DNA from: a virus
Reading direction: 5' to 3' (one strand)
Virus record (IMG/VR): IMGVR_UViG_3300037827_000415
Coordinates: 18,867-82,866 of that record
DNA length: 64,000 nucleotides
Shown piece after piece: positions 27,820 to 37,867 of the stretch. The translations under genes and the position numbers were made by a program. The first letter of the stretch is position 1. Each line of letters starts with the position of its first letter. The notes under the pieces are model-generated. The model saw nothing but the letters and a program-made list of their open reading frames with translations, searched no databases and was not told where the DNA came from.

Positions 27820-28528
27820 CGGTCGGCACCCAGCGGTCGCCTTCGAGGTCGATCACGTTTTCGTCAAAATCTGGAGCGACATGCCACACTTTGCCGTGTT
27901 TGAATCCCCAGCCAACTGCCCCGGTCGGGATGTGATGATGGCCAGCCACGCACTTGACCCGCACCCACTTCGGCGGATCGGGCACCTTCGCCTGCGGGGG
28001 ATCCGGGATCAGGAAATGGCGGACGCACCATTCCAATTCATAGCCGCGTCCGGTCTCGTGACTGACGAATGGCGCCCGACACCCGGATGCTTCGGTGAGA
28101 TATCCGACCACGTCTCGGTTGTATTCTTCGCTTCGGATGCGGACAGCGTAAAGCGGGCCGATTTCAGTCGGTGGGCCATCGACCCACCCTGGCGTTTTCT
28201 GCGGATCGACGAGCGAATCCGGCCCCAAACCGCGAGCACACATCTCGTGCAACTGCTCCGGTGAAATGCATGCTCGCCCGTCATTTGGCTTGTCGATTTC
28301 TAGATACTTGCCGTTGGCACTGATCGTGAATTCGCCAATGGTGAATTGGGCGACTTCGCCGCATGTCTCGCGGCAAAGCTGCTCCCACTCGTGAGTCGGG
28401 ACATGCAGGATCGTTCTGTCGTCGTCGGCATCTTCCATGTAGAGCCGATAAGTGTCCCTTTCGGTGGATTTGACGGCAGAGAACAGGCCTTGATCCTTGA
28501 CGGTGATTTCGTGATAGCCGATCGCCAT
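27812..28528 (-). CDS. Hypothetical protein (moron-like, own promoter)
   Basis: Promoter at 28556-28585 and SD AGGAG. Confidence 0.5.
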   Translation of the reverse strand: MAIGYHEITVKDQGLFSAVKSTERDTYRLYMEDADDDRTILHVPTHEWEQLCRETCGEVAQFTIGEFTISANGKYLEIDKPNDGRACISPEQLHEMCARGLGPDSLVDPQKTPGWVDGPPTEIGPLYAVRIRSEEYNRDVVGYLTEASGCRAPFVSHETGRGYELEWCVRHFLIPDPPQAKVPDPPKWVRVKCVAGHHHIPTGAVGWGFKHGKVWHVAPDFDENVIDLEGDRWVPTDG

Positions 28529-28555
28529 GCTTTCGCTCCTAAAAAGGAAAGCGGC

Positions 28556-28585
28556 ATCATCGCGAAAAGACCGGCCTTGCGTCAA
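28556..28585 (-). promoter_or_regulatory. Phage promoter, TTGACG-N18-GATGAT
   Basis: Member of a recurrent motif family (see findings). Confidence 0.6.
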
Positions 28586-28590
28586 ATAAT

Positions 28591-30000
28591 TTACGCGGCG
28601 ATCGTTTCGACCGGACGCCAGATGCGTGGGCGAGCCAGAATCGGCTTGTCCTTCTCGTCGCGGAACCGCACGCAAGCCGTGGCATAGCCGCTGAACGTGG
28701 CCGCCGTCGACTTCCACCAGTTCGGGAATTCGGCGTCGCTCTGCACGCTCATCTGCTTCGTTGGATCATCGGCCCGCGCCGCGACGTTCGATTCTTCGTC
28801 GTTCGCACCGGGGAGGCCACTGGGAATCAGGCGATCCACGTCAACTTCAGCCTGCACGTCGTACTCGGTGCTGCCGAAGTTGAGCTCCGCGAGGCAGTCC
28901 CAAATCTGCTCTTTCACCTCTTGCACGAGAGCCCGCAATGCGAGTTGCTGCGACGTGAAGAACGCCATCGCGGGAACCGAACGGCCGGCGAACCCGCCCA
29001 CGCTGGAGACGGCGGTGAGAATGTCGTCAGGGATTTCCAAGCCGTGCAGGATGTCTGATCGCAGTTCGCGAATGTAATCGTGCAAGCCCGTCGCGTCGCC
29101 GTTGATGGCGGGCTGTTCGATCTTCCAGATGGACTCGCCCGGCTTCGCTGGATTGTTCACGAACGGGACCGTGCCGACCCCGCCCGTGCGGATCATTTCG
29201 GCCAGTTGGCGGGCCAAGTCACGATAGGGGATTTTCGTGCCGGGGCTGCCATCGGACCCCATGTTCGTGACGTACTCGCCCGGCGGATGCTGCACCCAAA
29301 ATCCGCTGTAGGCATTCTTGTAGAACCACATGCGGCGGATCGCGAGTGCCCCGCTGAACTGGTCCCACTTGTCGATCCACGGACTGTAAGCTCCCAGCAA
29401 TTCACTCCGGCCGTTCCAAGATCCGAACCGCCGACCGTGGACGTACAGAAACGACTTCGGCGGGAACAGCGTGACCTTCCCCTTGTTGCGGTATCGGTCC
29501 ATCGATTCTGGGCCGTTGCCGTACCAGTTGTTATCGTCCGCGAGCACGGATGCGGCCGAAATCTGAATGCCGGCGAACTGGCCGCCCCGCGTGAGAATCG
29601 AAATGTCGGACGGATAAACGTCGCGGAAGTGGCCCAAGTGAACCTTGCGATCGTCGCCAAGTTTGTAGATCACCTCCCCACCAGCCCGGCTGTACCAGAG
29701 TGCCTCCAGCAGACGGGGAACGACGTAATACCACGTGCGTTCGATTTCCCCAGTCATGAATTCGACAATCTCTGGCCGACCGGAGAGTTTGAACTTCACG
29801 GTCAGCAGCGGGGCGTTTTTGATCGCCATTCCAAGGCGAATGTCGGGATCGTACTTCATCGACTCGACACGCCTCACCGTAAAGATCGGCAGGCCGAGAT
29901 CGATCATGCCGGGGATTTGCAATCCGTAGCCGGACGGGCGATACATGCCCGTCTGCACCTGGAACATCTGGCGGATTGCACCCTGCGACATTTCGAGCAA
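28591..30000 (-). CDS. Portal protein (DUF935/Mu gp29-like)
   Basis: MKYDPDIRLGM, LEALWYSRAGGEVIY, GRSELLGAYSPW..KW, QIW..LAELNFG. Confidence 0.7.
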   Translation of the reverse strand: MLEMSQGAIRQMFQVQTGMYRPSGYGLQIPGMIDLGLPIFTVRRVESMKYDPDIRLGMAIKNAPLLTVKFKLSGRPEIVEFMTGEIERTWYYVVPRLLEALWYSRAGGEVIYKLGDDRKVHLGHFRDVYPSDISILTRGGQFAGIQISAASVLADDNNWYGNGPESMDRYRNKGKVTLFPPKSFLYVHGRRFGSWNGRSELLGAYSPWIDKWDQFSGALAIRRMWFYKNAYSGFWVQHPPGEYVTNMGSDGSPGTKIPYRDLARQLAEMIRTGGVGTVPFVNNPAKPGESIWKIEQPAINGDATGLHDYIRELRSDILHGLEIPDDILTAVSSVGGFAGRSVPAMAFFTSQQLALRALVQEVKEQIWDCLAELNFGSTEYDVQAEVDVDRLIPSGLPGANDEESNVAARADDPTKQMSVQSDAEFPNWWKSTAATFSGYATACVRFRDEKDKPILARPRIWRPVETIAA

Positions 30001-30002
30001 GG

Positions 30003-30515
30003 TCAGGCCCTTTGTCTAACGGCGGTCAGGCTCCAAACGAACGCGATCACCCAGCCGAGTAGCGTCCAGCCCAAGAGGATGTTGAGGGCTGCGATGGCTG
30101 CGACCTGCTGATGCGATCGAACCGACGCGATAATCGTGGGCAGCAAGTAAATCCCGCCGATCACGAACAGCAAAATTATTCCGCCGGGCTCAACGTGCTG
30201 GCCGTCGCTGCCGGACGCAATGATTGCAGGAACGACAGCCATTGCAAAGATCAGCAGAATTCCCGACAGGGCCACGATTCCAATAACTGATGAAACTGCG
30301 GAAGCGGACCTTACGGCTTCGGCTTTCCTACGCGGCGATTGCATGACGGGCTCCGATTCAATTTCGCGAATCATGTCGAACATCGGCGAGCCCGCAGTCG
30401 CATCGAATTCTGCCGCCGTCTCTTTCTCGTGAATGTCCATAATCATGGGCGGCAGACTGTACGTTTCACGGCAATTCGGACAAGAGAGTTTCATTGGATA
30501 CCTCCATTGTGGCAT
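30003..30515 (-). CDS. Superinfection immunity (T4 Imm-like) membrane protein with N-terminal Zn ribbon
   Basis: YLLPTIIA..R.H....I..LNILLGWTLLGWVIAFVWS. Confidence 0.85.
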   Translation of the reverse strand: MPQWRYPMKLSCPNCRETYSLPPMIMDIHEKETAAEFDATAGSPMFDMIREIESEPVMQSPRRKAEAVRSASAVSSVIGIVALSGILLIFAMAVVPAIIASGSDGQHVEPGGIILLFVIGGIYLLPTIIASVRSHQQVAAIAALNILLGWTLLGWVIAFVWSLTAVRQRA

Positions 30516-30543
30516 CCGTGGCCCGGTTTATCTCCCGCCCATC

Positions 30544-30573
30544 ACTCTATCGCTTTAGTCCGTTCCGCGTCAA
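30544..30573 (-). promoter_or_regulatory. Promoter for the immunity gene, TTGACG-N18-TAGAGT
   Basis: T-tract upstream; intergenic. Confidence 0.6.
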
Positions 30574-30582
30574 AAAAAGTTC

Positions 30583-31118
30583 TCAGGCTCGGCCAGCCAG
30601 CGATGCGTCGATCTTTGCAGTGACTTCATCGGCAACCATTTGCCGATAGGCTTTATCGCCAGCGGCCTCCCCTTCGATCATCGCGATCAGGCTACAGCGG
30701 AATTCTTTGCTGGCATCGTGCTCGGCGATTCGTCGCATGGATTCGATGGCGTCGAGTCGGTCAAGTGCGGAGAGCATTCCCCAGAATCTTCCGCGGCTGA
30801 CGCTTCGGGGGTCGAATCCGAAACTGCTTGCGAAGCGAGCCTCTTGGAAAAAAAACCGGAGACCCTTTCGTTGAGGTCCAGCACGGCGGCGTAGAACGCC
30901 AGGGACATATTCGGGCTGGCCTCAATGCCATGATCCTCTTTCAGCCTCACGCCGACGATTTTGATGATGTCCTGATTCGTGGGCTGCTTGCCTTCGCCGA
31001 TCGCGTTGCGAAGCCTCTCGATTTCTTCAAGAGGGCTGATCTTGATTTCCTTGCCCCCGATCACGATTGTTGCCCAGCCATCGTCTTCGCCAAGGTCGAT
31101 TTTGAATTTGTCTGCCAT
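30583..31118 (-). CDS. Tail assembly chaperone pair (G/GT type) joined by a -1 frameshift
   Basis: ORF 30687..31118 contains T8 (GGT TTT TTT TCC) at 30848-30855; the -1 frame stays open into ORF 30583..30777. Confidence 0.7.
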
Positions 31119-31138
31119 AACTCGGAAAAGCCCCTTCT

Positions 31139-32932
31139 TTACTGGCCGTCGCTTTGGACGCCGGTCGTCGTTTTCGACAAGTTGTCCGGGAAGTTTTGCA
31201 TGATCGTATCGGGGTTCGCGCCCGAAACGATGTACTCAATGTACCAAGAGAGACCGTGAAGCGTCGCCCCGAAATACTCTCCCCACGTCTGAGCCTTCAC
31301 GTCCGAATGGCCGACCTGAATGTTGGCATTTCCTCCGACGGTGATCGATGGGGTGGGTAATTCTGGCGGAGCATTCGTCCTGACAGCCGATCCTTCAAAG
31401 ATGATTTTCGCCGGTTTCTGTCCGCTGACCTGACTTGATGCCGGCGGCAGCGTCGGGTCAAGTTGTGCGGCCACCGGGGCCCTGTCCGAAGAAATCGTTA
31501 CCGGGGGCTGGCCGCTCGACCCGCTTCCGATACCGCCCCCCGAATTCGGCGGTGCGGACGTCGGAAGGGGAAAGTGTGTGCTCGAATTCGGATACATCAC
31601 GAGTCGCACAGAACCATCGTAATATAGATAAATTTGAGTCGTCGGATCATTTGTCGGAGCCCCCGGATCAAACTGAGCGATGTTGCCAGTCGGATAACCG
31701 CTCGCCAACGTCAACTGCGGAATCGCCGCATTGCACTGGTTGACGATTAGGTCGTTGCTCGGATTGAATCCTTGTCCGTAAAAGCCGCGGGAATACCATG
31801 CGTTTTCGAGCATGGAATTTTGCCACGATAGCCAGTCCGTCGAGCCGACCGGAGAAAACATTCCGGCTTTCAAAAACACATCGCTCCAATTTCCGGGATC
31901 GCCGCCGAACTGCGGTTTTCCATTGTTCAGCGTTCCGGGCTGGCTCTGAAATGCGAAATCAAATGCGACTCTACGGCTATTGAAGACAGGCTCAGTCACG
32001 TTCATGGAAATAATCAGGGCCAGCCGCCCTTGATTTCGCATGTTAGTGATTCGCTCGTTCAAAATCAGAAACACTTTTTGCAAGCCGAGTGCGATGAGTT
32101 GCGGCTTGACCACTTCGACGAAGCCGCTAATCACAATCGTCGGAAGGATGTGCAGGCCGCCGGCTCGCGTCGTGGTCAATCGCTGATCGAATTGAATGTC
32201 CGAGCAATACGTCGGCAGAGCATTGTCGCCAGCGATTTCCTCAAAAATGAACGTGAAGTCTTCGCGGCTCTTGTCTTCGCTCAGGAACCAATCTTGACTC
32301 TTGAGGCGGAATCCTAACGGTGGAACGGGAGCGATCGCCTGCCGGTTCATGTCCGCGGTGAACGCGATGTTAGGCGATCCGGGGGCGGCACGATTGAGCC
32401 CGATTTGGCTGTGCCCGCGAATGACGATAACCGTCAGGCCCGCCTGATCCACGGTCCAGTCGTTCGTATACGTCAATTCGATCAGCGGCCCGACGAAGCC
32501 TTCGATTCCGTTCAATGCACACGGGACGAGGGCCACCTCGCACGTCCACGTGACTCGCATGGCCAGATTTGCCCCGATCGGCTCAATGCTCACCAATCTG
32601 GGCTTCGGGCCGTAGATCACGTCCGCCGGGTTGTCGGCCGTGTTGATCTCGAACGGCCCATAGCCCAATCCTTCAAAGATCAGCACTCCCCCGGCTTGCG
32701 TCATGGTCGCGATAAAATCGACCATGTTGTCGTCAGTTGGGTCGCCGCCGCCAAGCCCGTCGTAATCGCTAGTCAAAACGAATCGGACCATCAATTCGAT
32801 GACGTTGTAAATGACCGTGCGGCCGTCCGATGAATAATGCGGCGTGACGCGCAGCGTGGTTCTTACACGCGGCCCGTTGATGTCGTAGCCGTTGTAACTC
32901 AGTGTTCCGAGCGATTCGAGAGTTTGTGCCAT
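31139..32932 (-). CDS. Virion structural protein (distal tail/baseplate candidate)
   Basis: 597 aa, beta-rich, follows the tape-measure candidate. Confidence 0.45.
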   Translation of the reverse strand: MAQTLESLGTLSYNGYDINGPRVRTTLRVTPHYSSDGRTVIYNVIELMVRFVLTSDYDGLGGGDPTDDNMVDFIATMTQAGGVLIFEGLGYGPFEINTADNPADVIYGPKPRLVSIEPIGANLAMRVTWTCEVALVPCALNGIEGFVGPLIELTYTNDWTVDQAGLTVIVIRGHSQIGLNRAAPGSPNIAFTADMNRQAIAPVPPLGFRLKSQDWFLSEDKSREDFTFIFEEIAGDNALPTYCSDIQFDQRLTTTRAGGLHILPTIVISGFVEVVKPQLIALGLQKVFLILNERITNMRNQGRLALIISMNVTEPVFNSRRVAFDFAFQSQPGTLNNGKPQFGGDPGNWSDVFLKAGMFSPVGSTDWLSWQNSMLENAWYSRGFYGQGFNPSNDLIVNQCNAAIPQLTLASGYPTGNIAQFDPGAPTNDPTTQIYLYYDGSVRLVMYPNSSTHFPLPTSAPPNSGGGIGSGSSGQPPVTISSDRAPVAAQLDPTLPPASSQVSGQKPAKIIFEGSAVRTNAPPELPTPSITVGGNANIQVGHSDVKAQTWGEYFGATLHGLSWYIEYIVSGANPDTIMQNFPDNLSKTTTGVQSDGQ

Positions 32933-32944
32933 GGCTCCGAAAGT

Positions 32945-34426
32945 CTAGGGGTCGGCCCGAAGAGCACCCGGGAAGAACTTTTTCTTTACCGGATCCCAAA
33001 CCCAGCCGGGACCGCCGACGTTTCTTCCGGCGATCGCTCCCGGTGGCGGAGGCCCTTGGAATCCACCGCCGCCTTGGCCCGCAGGTGCAGCCGCCGCGTT
33101 TGGTCGATTGCCTGCCGGAACTTGCCCGGCCATCGGAACACCGTTCAATCCCGGAAGCCTGAAATTCCAATTGGCACCGGCAAGTGCTGCCGCAAAATCC
33201 TTCGCGACTTCATCGGCCTGTGCTTTTTTTGCCGCGTCTTCCAGTGCCTTCTTGTGGGCAAGATCGCCTTTGACCCATTGCTGGAACGCATCCTTCAAAT
33301 CCTCAAATCCGCCTTTGCCTTGCAGTGCTTTCGGAAGTATCTGCCAAGCTTGATTCAGAATGTTCATTCCACGGCCAATGTTGCCCGTCCAGTCGTGCAT
33401 CGTCGCTTCGCTGATCAATTCTCGCGCTACGTTCAGAGCTTCGATCAGCGTCGGGCCGAACTTCGTCAGTAAGGTCGCCTTGAAGTCCTCCCACTGTTGT
33501 TCCAATTCAAACGACGCTCGCACGTATTTCGACAGAGTGTCGTCAATCCGCTGGGCACGCTGGATATCGCGAATGATTCCTTCGGCCCCTGTCGTCGCGG
33601 TGGCCCCGAGCGTTTGTGGAGCGAAGTTTCCATATCGCTTGACCATTTCATCGAGCGATCGCGTCGCGGCCTGAACCGCGTGCATAAACTCCCCGAGCAC
33701 GCGAGTCCCGAAGTACAGAGCCCCGAGAAACATCGTCACGTTCTGGAGATTCATGCCGCCGACCGCGGGGGCTGGCGGAATGTTGCCCGGTCCTGGAGTG
33801 GGCGGCAATTGCGGCGGAAGTCCTCCGGGCGGTGCCGGTGGAAGCATCATGCCGCCGCCAGCGGCTGCCATGCCCCGTCGCGGAAGGTTCGCCGGTGGCT
33901 GTCCCGGTCCCGGCAGTCGCGGCGGTTGCCAGTCGGGCGGCCGGGGCGGTCCGAGTGCTCCGCCCGGCTGCGTCGCGTCGACCGTGTACTGATCCCGTGG
34001 CAGCGTGATGATGCCCCGACGCGACGCTTCGGCCACGGGAGCGGGCAAGCGTGCGGCCCGCGTGGGCTCCGGCAGTTTGGGAGCCGGTTGCGAAGTTGGT
34101 GGCTGCGGGGGGTTCAACCGCCCCTTGACGACGCTCTCCAGCAACGCGCGATATTGGTCGGCCCCCGGCAACGCCGACTTGGCCGCACCGAGCACCTTGA
34201 GCGTCTCGACCGCCTCTTTGGACGTCTTATCGTTGCGGCCGATCGCTTCGCGGAGAGCGGCCAGATTGGCGGCAACGATCGCGTCCAGGCCCGCACGCTC
34301 GGGGACAGACGGCCCAGATTGAGCGGACGGCTTGCTCGGATCAACGCCCGACTGCGGAGCTGGGGCCTGCTTGCCGGCCGAGTCCTCGCCGGTGATGACG
34401 ATGCGTAGTTCTGGATTGTCGGGCAT
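32945..34426 (-). CDS. Short Pro-rich tape-measure-like protein
   Basis: Immediately after the tail tube; helical central region with a hydrophobic segment. Confidence 0.4.
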   Translation of the reverse strand: MPDNPELRIVITGEDSAGKQAPAPQSGVDPSKPSAQSGPSVPERAGLDAIVAANLAALREAIGRNDKTSKEAVETLKVLGAAKSALPGADQYRALLESVVKGRLNPPQPPTSQPAPKLPEPTRAARLPAPVAEASRRGIITLPRDQYTVDATQPGGALGPPRPPDWQPPRLPGPGQPPANLPRRGMAAAGGGMMLPPAPPGGLPPQLPPTPGPGNIPPAPAVGGMNLQNVTMFLGALYFGTRVLGEFMHAVQAATRSLDEMVKRYGNFAPQTLGATATTGAEGIIRDIQRAQRIDDTLSKYVRASFELEQQWEDFKATLLTKFGPTLIEALNVARELISEATMHDWTGNIGRGMNILNQAWQILPKALQGKGGFEDLKDAFQQWVKGDLAHKKALEDAAKKAQADEVAKDFAAALAGANWNFRLPGLNGVPMAGQVPAGNRPNAAAAPAGQGGGGFQGPPPPGAIAGRNVGGPGWVWDPVKKKFFPGALRADP

Positions 34427-34437
34427 CGTCGCTCATT

Positions 34438-34917
34438 TTACGTCGTCGAGAACCAACGCACACCGCCAGACGAGTACGGATAGAACCGCATCGTCAATGG
34501 CGGCATTCTCGCACCGGAGCGGAAGGCGAGTTCGCCGTTGAAATTCTCGTCAATGATGGCCTGACTTCCGGTGAGCGTGTTCGGGGCTCCGACGGCGGTC
34601 GTGCCGGTGACGACCGTGAGGACCATCGAAGCGGAGAGGCCGCTGCCCACGTCGAGTGTTCCGGCTTGTCCGGCGACGCCAAAGGCACCATAGGGCCAGA
34701 ACGGGGCGAGAGCGTACTGATACTCGATGCCCATCCAAATCAGGAACACATCCGCACCGCGGAACACGGCGTCGATGACGGATTCGCCGTACAGGTCGGA
34801 GCGGACGACTTCTTTTGAGACGCTGTAGCGGAGGCGAAAGCCGTCCGAACTTTGTCCCACCGAAGTCGAGTTCCACGCGCCCTGATAGGGGCCGGCCGTG
34901 ATTGACGCGAGGGCCAT
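34438..34917 (-). CDS. Major tail tube protein
   Basis: 159 aa; GQSSDGFRL....E.VRSD.YGES.ID pattern; position after the neck genes. Confidence 0.6.
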   Translation of the reverse strand: MALASITAGPYQGAWNSTSVGQSSDGFRLRYSVSKEVVRSDLYGESVIDAVFRGADVFLIWMGIEYQYALAPFWPYGAFGVAGQAGTLDVGSGLSASMVLTVVTGTTAVGAPNTLTGSQAIIDENFNGELAFRSGARMPPLTMRFYPYSSGGVRWFSTT

Positions 34918-34919
34918 GC

Positions 34920-35372
34920 TTACGTTCCTTTAGCTACGGTTGCCGCGGCCTGAGTCGATGCGAGCGGCCCGGGATCTGACGGCGGCGGAGCAGGTGGAGG
35001 CGGAGGAGTGACCGGGACCACAATGACAGCCGGAGTCGCGACCACCGGCGTTACCGCCTTGGTCTCCGCGGCGAGTTCCGCTTGCTGCTCGGCAGTCATG
35101 GGCAGCCCAGTCCATGCCGGATCGGTCAACTCAACTTCCCGCTCCGTGAGCAACGCGGCCATTGCCTGCTTCCACTGGTCCGTCGCCTTGCACTTGGCAC
35201 AAGTGACCGAATCGGCCTCGCCCGTGGCGTGTTTTGGCATCGTTGCCTTGTTGCCTTGGCACGCGGGCCGGCAAAATCCCTTGTCGACCGTCCGCGTTTG
35301 CGTGTTCGGCCGCATGAACGGAATCTGAGCCGCGGGATCATCCACCATGAAATGAATCTGTGCTTTCGCCAT
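34920..35372 (-). CDS. Hypothetical protein with Zn-binding motif and Pro-rich tail
   Basis: H..., PAC and VTCAKC motifs. Confidence 0.45.
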   Translation of the reverse strand: MAKAQIHFMVDDPAAQIPFMRPNTQTRTVDKGFCRPACQGNKATMPKHATGEADSVTCAKCKATDQWKQAMAALLTEREVELTDPAWTGLPMTAEQQAELAAETKAVTPVVATPAVIVVPVTPPPPPAPPPSDPGPLASTQAAATVAKGT

Positions 35373-35920
35373 CAGTCCGCCTCGACAGTCTGTTGTGCCC
35401 GCTGGGCCTCGATGAATTGTAATTGCTGGCTCACGCCCAACAGCCCCTTAGCTTCACTATTGCCCCACCACGTTCCCGCTCTCGGCTCGGGGTTCGTCGC
35501 CCGTGCGAAATGCAGCGGCCGGTAAAACTTCCAAATGCCGCCCGTGCTCGCCGTGTTGCCGGGGATCATCGCGTTGGCCGCGGTCATAATCTCGTAGTTG
35601 CCGTGGACCACGTCGATCACGTGGCGAGCGTAGAAATCGAGTCGCCCATCCTGATCGGTGAGGATTTCCGTGCCCCACGCACTGATCGGGATGTCGCCCG
35701 CTTTGACGCTGATCGTGATGTAGATCGAGAACCATTCGTCGATCCAATCCAGGTCGCCGGCCCGATTGTCCCAACTGCCTTCGTGAATCGAGACGAAGAC
35801 GTGCGACGGTGCCCCGATGATTGGGCGGTCGGAATAAGTCATCGCACATTCTTGGGCGTTCCAGTTGAACTTCTCGCGAAGCGTCTCTTGCATTGAGCGT
35901 CTGTAGGCGTAGCTGGACAT
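35372..35920 (-). CDS. Putative tail terminator/neck protein
   Basis: Size and position between the tail-completion and tail-tube genes. Confidence 0.45.
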   Translation of the reverse strand: MSSYAYRRSMQETLREKFNWNAQECAMTYSDRPIIGAPSHVFVSIHEGSWDNRAGDLDWIDEWFSIYITISVKAGDIPISAWGTEILTDQDGRLDFYARHVIDVVHGNYEIMTAANAMIPGNTASTGGIWKFYRPLHFARATNPEPRAGTWWGNSEAKGLLGVSQQLQFIEAQRAQQTVEAD

Positions 35921-36400
35921 TCATCTTTTCACTTGCGGAGCCAGCAGCATCACGATCGAAGCGATCGCGACTGCTGCGGCGAAAATCGTGGAAATGATCC
36001 ACATGTTGAACGTGCCCGACTTCTCCGAATGCTGGATCACTCCCGCCTGCTGCGATCGCCAAGATTCTAATTCTCTCAGTCGCTCTCCGTTGGACTCAAA
36101 ATGCGTGTTGGTCAGGCCGGTGAACGTCTCCGTAATCGTCTCCAGCTTTTCTCCGACAGCGTGAAATCGCTGCTCCGATTCCGATCGCGGCATAAATGTC
36201 ATGGCTTGCTGGTTCAATTGTTCGCGGATTTCGTTCATCGACGCCAGCCGACCCATTAATGATGTTTCGGCCTTATGGGTGCTCGTCTCTTGGGCGTCAA
36301 ATCTCTGCTTGTATTGCTGGTCCTTCTCCGCGATCACGCGGTCGAAATGCTCTTTGAGAATGTCTACCGTCCATGCTGATTTGTGTTTTTTTCTCCCCAT
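35921..36400 (-). CDS. Coiled-coil protein with C-terminal TM helix
   Basis: Heptad region followed by WIISTIFAAAVAIASIVMLL. Confidence 0.55.
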   Translation of the reverse strand: MGRKKHKSAWTVDILKEHFDRVIAEKDQQYKQRFDAQETSTHKAETSLMGRLASMNEIREQLNQQAMTFMPRSESEQRFHAVGEKLETITETFTGLTNTHFESNGERLRELESWRSQQAGVIQHSEKSGTFNMWIISTIFAAAVAIASIVMLLAPQVKR

Positions 36401-36417
36401 TGCCGTGATCCGAGCAT

Positions 36418-36951
36418 TTATGCTGCCAACAATCTGCGAACAATTTCGTCGTGAATCCCCGGCAGAATCGCGGCCTGAGCGGCCCGCACGTACGAGTCGG
36501 GAATCGTCCCGTCCGCCGGCCACGCGGGACGTGCCGGAAGTTTCACACTGCCGTCTTCGTTCTTCGTTCCATTGAACACGTAGCCCGCGTATTGCGTCGG
36601 GTCGCGTTTGAGGTTGCCTTTGTTCGTGGCTCGTACGCGGAGCTCGGCCATCGCAGACCGGACCACGTCGCCGGCCAAGGATTCGATCAGTGATCCAGTC
36701 TCAATCAGAGTGAGCCCCCCGCGTTCTTGGGCCGCCTTGCTCTTCTTCCAGCTAATGTCCGCGTCGTCGATGCCGCCATACGCCTTGACGACGTACTCCC
36801 GCTGAATCTGTTTGGCGACGTCGGCCGCGGCCTGTTCGAGCACGCGGACGCCGAAGCTGGTCGAAGCGTGGACCACTTCGGACACGACTTGCTCCACAAT
36901 GCGGCGGACGTTTTCCGCGCTGCAGCGGACGTTGAGGACGCGGGCCGTCAT
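36418..36951 (-). CDS. Virion morphogenesis/tail completion protein (Mu gpG/P2 gpS-like)
   Basis: LIETGSLIESL, YAGY..NGT, LPARP. Confidence 0.7.
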   Translation of the reverse strand: MTARVLNVRCSAENVRRIVEQVVSEVVHASTSFGVRVLEQAAADVAKQIQREYVVKAYGGIDDADISWKKSKAAQERGGLTLIETGSLIESLAGDVVRSAMAELRVRATNKGNLKRDPTQYAGYVFNGTKNEDGSVKLPARPAWPADGTIPDSYVRAAQAAILPGIHDEIVRRLLAA

Positions 36952-37179
36952 TCAATGATTCCCGAACAACATCGAAACCGATCGCTGCATCGAATGCTGA
37001 GACTTGGCCGCGGCTTGCGTCGCTTTCTTCATTGCCGCTTCGTGGCCCTTGGCGTTGCCGGACGCGAGATGCCCGATGGCTGCGGCATGGTGGGCTCGGG
37101 CCATCGCCGCGTGCTGACGGGAGTCGGCCGCGTGCTTGATCGCTTTGACGCCTTGCTTGGCTAGTTGATGGAAGGACAT
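36952..37179 (-). CDS. His/Ala-rich small protein
   Basis: Composition and tight packing. Confidence 0.45.
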   Translation of the reverse strand: MSFHQLAKQGVKAIKHAADSRQHAAMARAHHAAAIGHLASGNAKGHEAAMKKATQAAAKSQHSMQRSVSMLFGNH

Positions 37180-37180
37180 T

Positions 37181-37684
37181 TCACCACTCCAGTACGACGT
37201 CTAAAAAATCCCCCTGCCGGGGCTTCTTGGAGCTTTGGTCTCCGGTTGACGCCTCAAAACTGGCCCTAATTTTCCGGTTGAAGTTGACTTGGTCCACTCT
37301 CACGTTACTCATGGTCGGTCCGGGCTCGCTGATCGGATAGGCGTCCGGCACTTCGTACTTGAATTCCTGGATCGATTTCAGTTGCTCTTCGACTTCGTCG
37401 TATTCCTGTTGCAGCCCGTCGTGGGCCGCATTCTTTCGCCGCATGATCATCACGCTCGCCAGTGTCGCACAGGCGAAACGGACGAAGTTGTTTCCCGCCA
37501 ATTGCGTCGGGTCGTACCGCTGGCGAAGGTAATAATCGATCCGCACCGATGCCCATGTAATCGCAGTCGCGAGATTCCCTTGGATCACGGGTATCGCACT
37601 CGCACCGTCGTTCAACAACGCTTGCAGCCCGAATCGGCTGAGCATGAACGTCACGTCGGCTTGAGCACAGTACGAAGTCGTCAC
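37181..37684 (-). CDS. Head-tail adaptor (Mu gp36/DUF1320-like)
   Basis: YCAQADV, AI..AS..ID.YL..RY, C..LA, Y.EV...L..I. Confidence 0.75.
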   Translation of the reverse strand: MTTSYCAQADVTFMLSRFGLQALLNDGASAIPVIQGNLATAITWASVRIDYYLRQRYDPTQLAGNNFVRFACATLASVMIMRRKNAAHDGLQQEYDEVEEQLKSIQEFKYEVPDAYPISEPGPTMSNVRVDQVNFNRKIRASFEASTGDQSSKKPRQGDFLDVVLEW

Positions 37685-37687
37685 GGT

Positions 37688-37858
37688 TTACTTCCGTCGA
37701 AATGCCCACTTAATGAAACTGATCGCCGTCGTGACTGCCCATTGAACGAATCGGGCGTACCAAGGTGATTGGTCGACCACGATATTGACGTCCGCCGTCG
37801 TGTGCTTCATCGGGTGATGATGCGGGTGTGTTTTGTGGGGATGTCCCTTCCCGGTCAT
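37688..37858 (-). CDS. 56-aa His-rich peptide with amphipathic tail (not in the ORF track)
   Basis: MTGKGHPHKTHPHHHPMKH...WAVTTAISFIKWAFRRK; SD AGGTGA. Confidence 0.45.
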   Translation of the reverse strand: MTGKGHPHKTHPHHHPMKHTTADVNIVVDQSPWYARFVQWAVTTAISFIKWAFRRK

Positions 37859-37867
37859 GTCTCACCT

